DNA of 64,000 nucleotides from a virus (taxonomy: Duplodnaviria > Caudoviricetes), in the IMG/VR virus record IMGVR_UViG_3300005805_000063, positions 22,634-86,633 of that record; one strand, given 5' to 3'. The position numbers were made by a program, and so were the translations under genes. Below the pieces are notes generated by a model, which was not told the origin of the DNA, made no database searches, and was given only the letters and a program-made list of their open reading frames with translations. Shown here in pieces: positions 62,861-64,000 of the stretch (positions are counted from its first letter, which is position 1; the number at the start of each line of letters is the position of its first letter).

Positions 62861-64000
62861 ATCCGTAAACGGTGATATCTAAAGAAATCGCTGCATCACT
62901 TGTGATCTTCAAGCGATGGTCAGCAGTCACGGCATAGATAGCATTAGGCAGGGAGATAATTGCCCCTGGCTTAGCGTTGGCACTTGGAGCAAAGGAACCA
63001 GCCCAGATTAACTGATCCGTTCCTGCGGTATAGGTAGTATCACCGGAAGCCCCCAGCCAAAGAATAACACGTCCTGCGGTGGTGGCGTAAGAAGAAACCG
63101 CCAGATAAGTAATCGCTATTTTCTTTCCTGCCGAAGGTGTCCAGATGTCCGTTCCGGTCTGCTGAGAGGTGTAGTTAGCACCTTTCCAAACTTGCATTCC
63201 TGCATCTATATGCGTTACAAGTTGCCGACCGAAGACATCAGCGATTCCGTTAACACGGTCCCCAGTAGCAACTGCACCTGATAAACTGTTCTCCGCTTGG
63301 AAGCCAATCTTAACCGGATTACCTGAATCTACAGTATCGTGAGCAACATCGCCTTCAATGTTAAGTCCATCAGTTACCGTGACCGTTCCGTCTACTGTTA
63401 TGGAATTGCCTCCGTCTTGGATGTTTACCGCACTTGCTCCGCTTGCGTTATTGATCGTAACATCGCCAATGTCAACACCTGAATTAGCACCAAGTGTCCA
63501 CGTTCCGCTCTGTGCGGCTTGAACTGCAAATGTGCCAGTTCCTACAACCGTGGCATTAAGACTCGCAGCCGTGGCCTGTGCGACCGTAACCGAACCGGTA
63601 ATCGTTACATCATTATTGGTTCCAAGGTTTACAAGAATACCATCTGTTGCATTACCTCTCTGCCGGTCCCATGATGAGCCGTTAAAGACAAGCAACTTAG
63701 CACCTACATCTATGTGATTCTCTGTATTGGTCTCTCCGTCAGCGTGGGCGGCATCAATCGGAACATCAGAAGTCCCATCAGATATAACCACTCTGTAAGC
63801 AGTAGCAGCCGCCTGACTTGCAGTTACAGTTCCATCAACAGTAATACTTGAAGCATTATCGCTAATAGCCACAACATTGCTAACCGTGACCGTACCATCA
63901 ACAGGCAAAGGATTTGATGAAGATACATCTCCATCATTAACTCCATCGGCACCTTGTACAATCTTTACTCGCTGATATTTTACACCAGCAATATCATCGG
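62850..64000 (-). CDS. Fibre-like structural protein; 5' end lies beyond the window
   Basis: The frame stays open to the window end (DDIAGVKYQRVKIVQGADGVNDGDVSSSNPLPVDG...), so the track start at 63908 is not the true start. Contains SITVDGTVTV repeats. Confidence 0.75.
   Translation of the reverse strand, partial: DDIAGVKYQRVKIVQGADGVNDGDVSSSNPLPVDGTVTVSNVVAISDNASSITVDGTVTASQAAATAYRVVISDGTSDVPIDAAHADGETNTENHIDVGAKLLVFNGSSWDRQRGNATDGILVNLGTNNDVTITGSVTVAQATAASLNATVVGTGTFAVQAAQSGTWTLGANSGVDIGDVTINNASGASAVNIQDGGNSITVDGTVTVTDGLNIEGDVAHDTVDSGNPVKIGFQAENSLSGAVATGDRVNGIADVFGRQLVTHIDAGMQVWKGANYTSQQTGTDIWTPSAGKKIAITYLAVSSYATTAGRVILWLGASGDTTYTAGTDQLIWAGSFAPSANAKPGAIISLPNAIYAVTADHRLKITSDAAISLDITVYGYEY

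Noticed and set aside
60002-64000. Diversity-generating retroelement acting on fibre genes
   Set aside because: No reverse transcriptase and no template/variable repeat pair in the window.

Overview
Part of a crAss-like (Crassvirales-type) dsDNA phage genome with a probable Bacteroidota host, read in the standard genetic code. 1-35.75 kb (minus strand) is the late/virion arm: RepL-like gene, ferritin-like protein, PD-(D/E)XK nuclease, terminase, portal, scaffold-like protein, major capsid, ring and muzzle tail proteins, and cargo proteins. It ends in a giant ORF (>3200 aa, 9632 to <1) that is absent from the supplied ORF track. I read this ORF manually and found no in-frame stop; it joins an SF1 helicase, a crAss-type virion RNA polymerase region and an inserted GNAT domain. 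35.75-37.5 kb is the strand-switch region: three 22-bp-period dyad repeats, a hairpin cluster, terminators and a twister-ribozyme-like RNA with a large insertion in L4. 36.3-60.0 kb (plus strand) holds small early genes, tRNA-Thr, a GH19 lysis cassette, an SPL-like radical SAM gene with MazG, PolB, SF2 helicase, DnaB, Sak4-like ATPase, SSB, primase, RusA-like resolvase, UDG and a MoxR/vWA pair. 60-64 kb (minus strand) holds fibre-like and holin/spanin-like genes. The strongest novelty candidates are the expanded twister-like RNA, the helicase-RNAP-GNAT fusion, a GG motif shared across internal virion proteins, and the RepL/repeat locus. All family calls come from motif recognition by eye; no database search was run.
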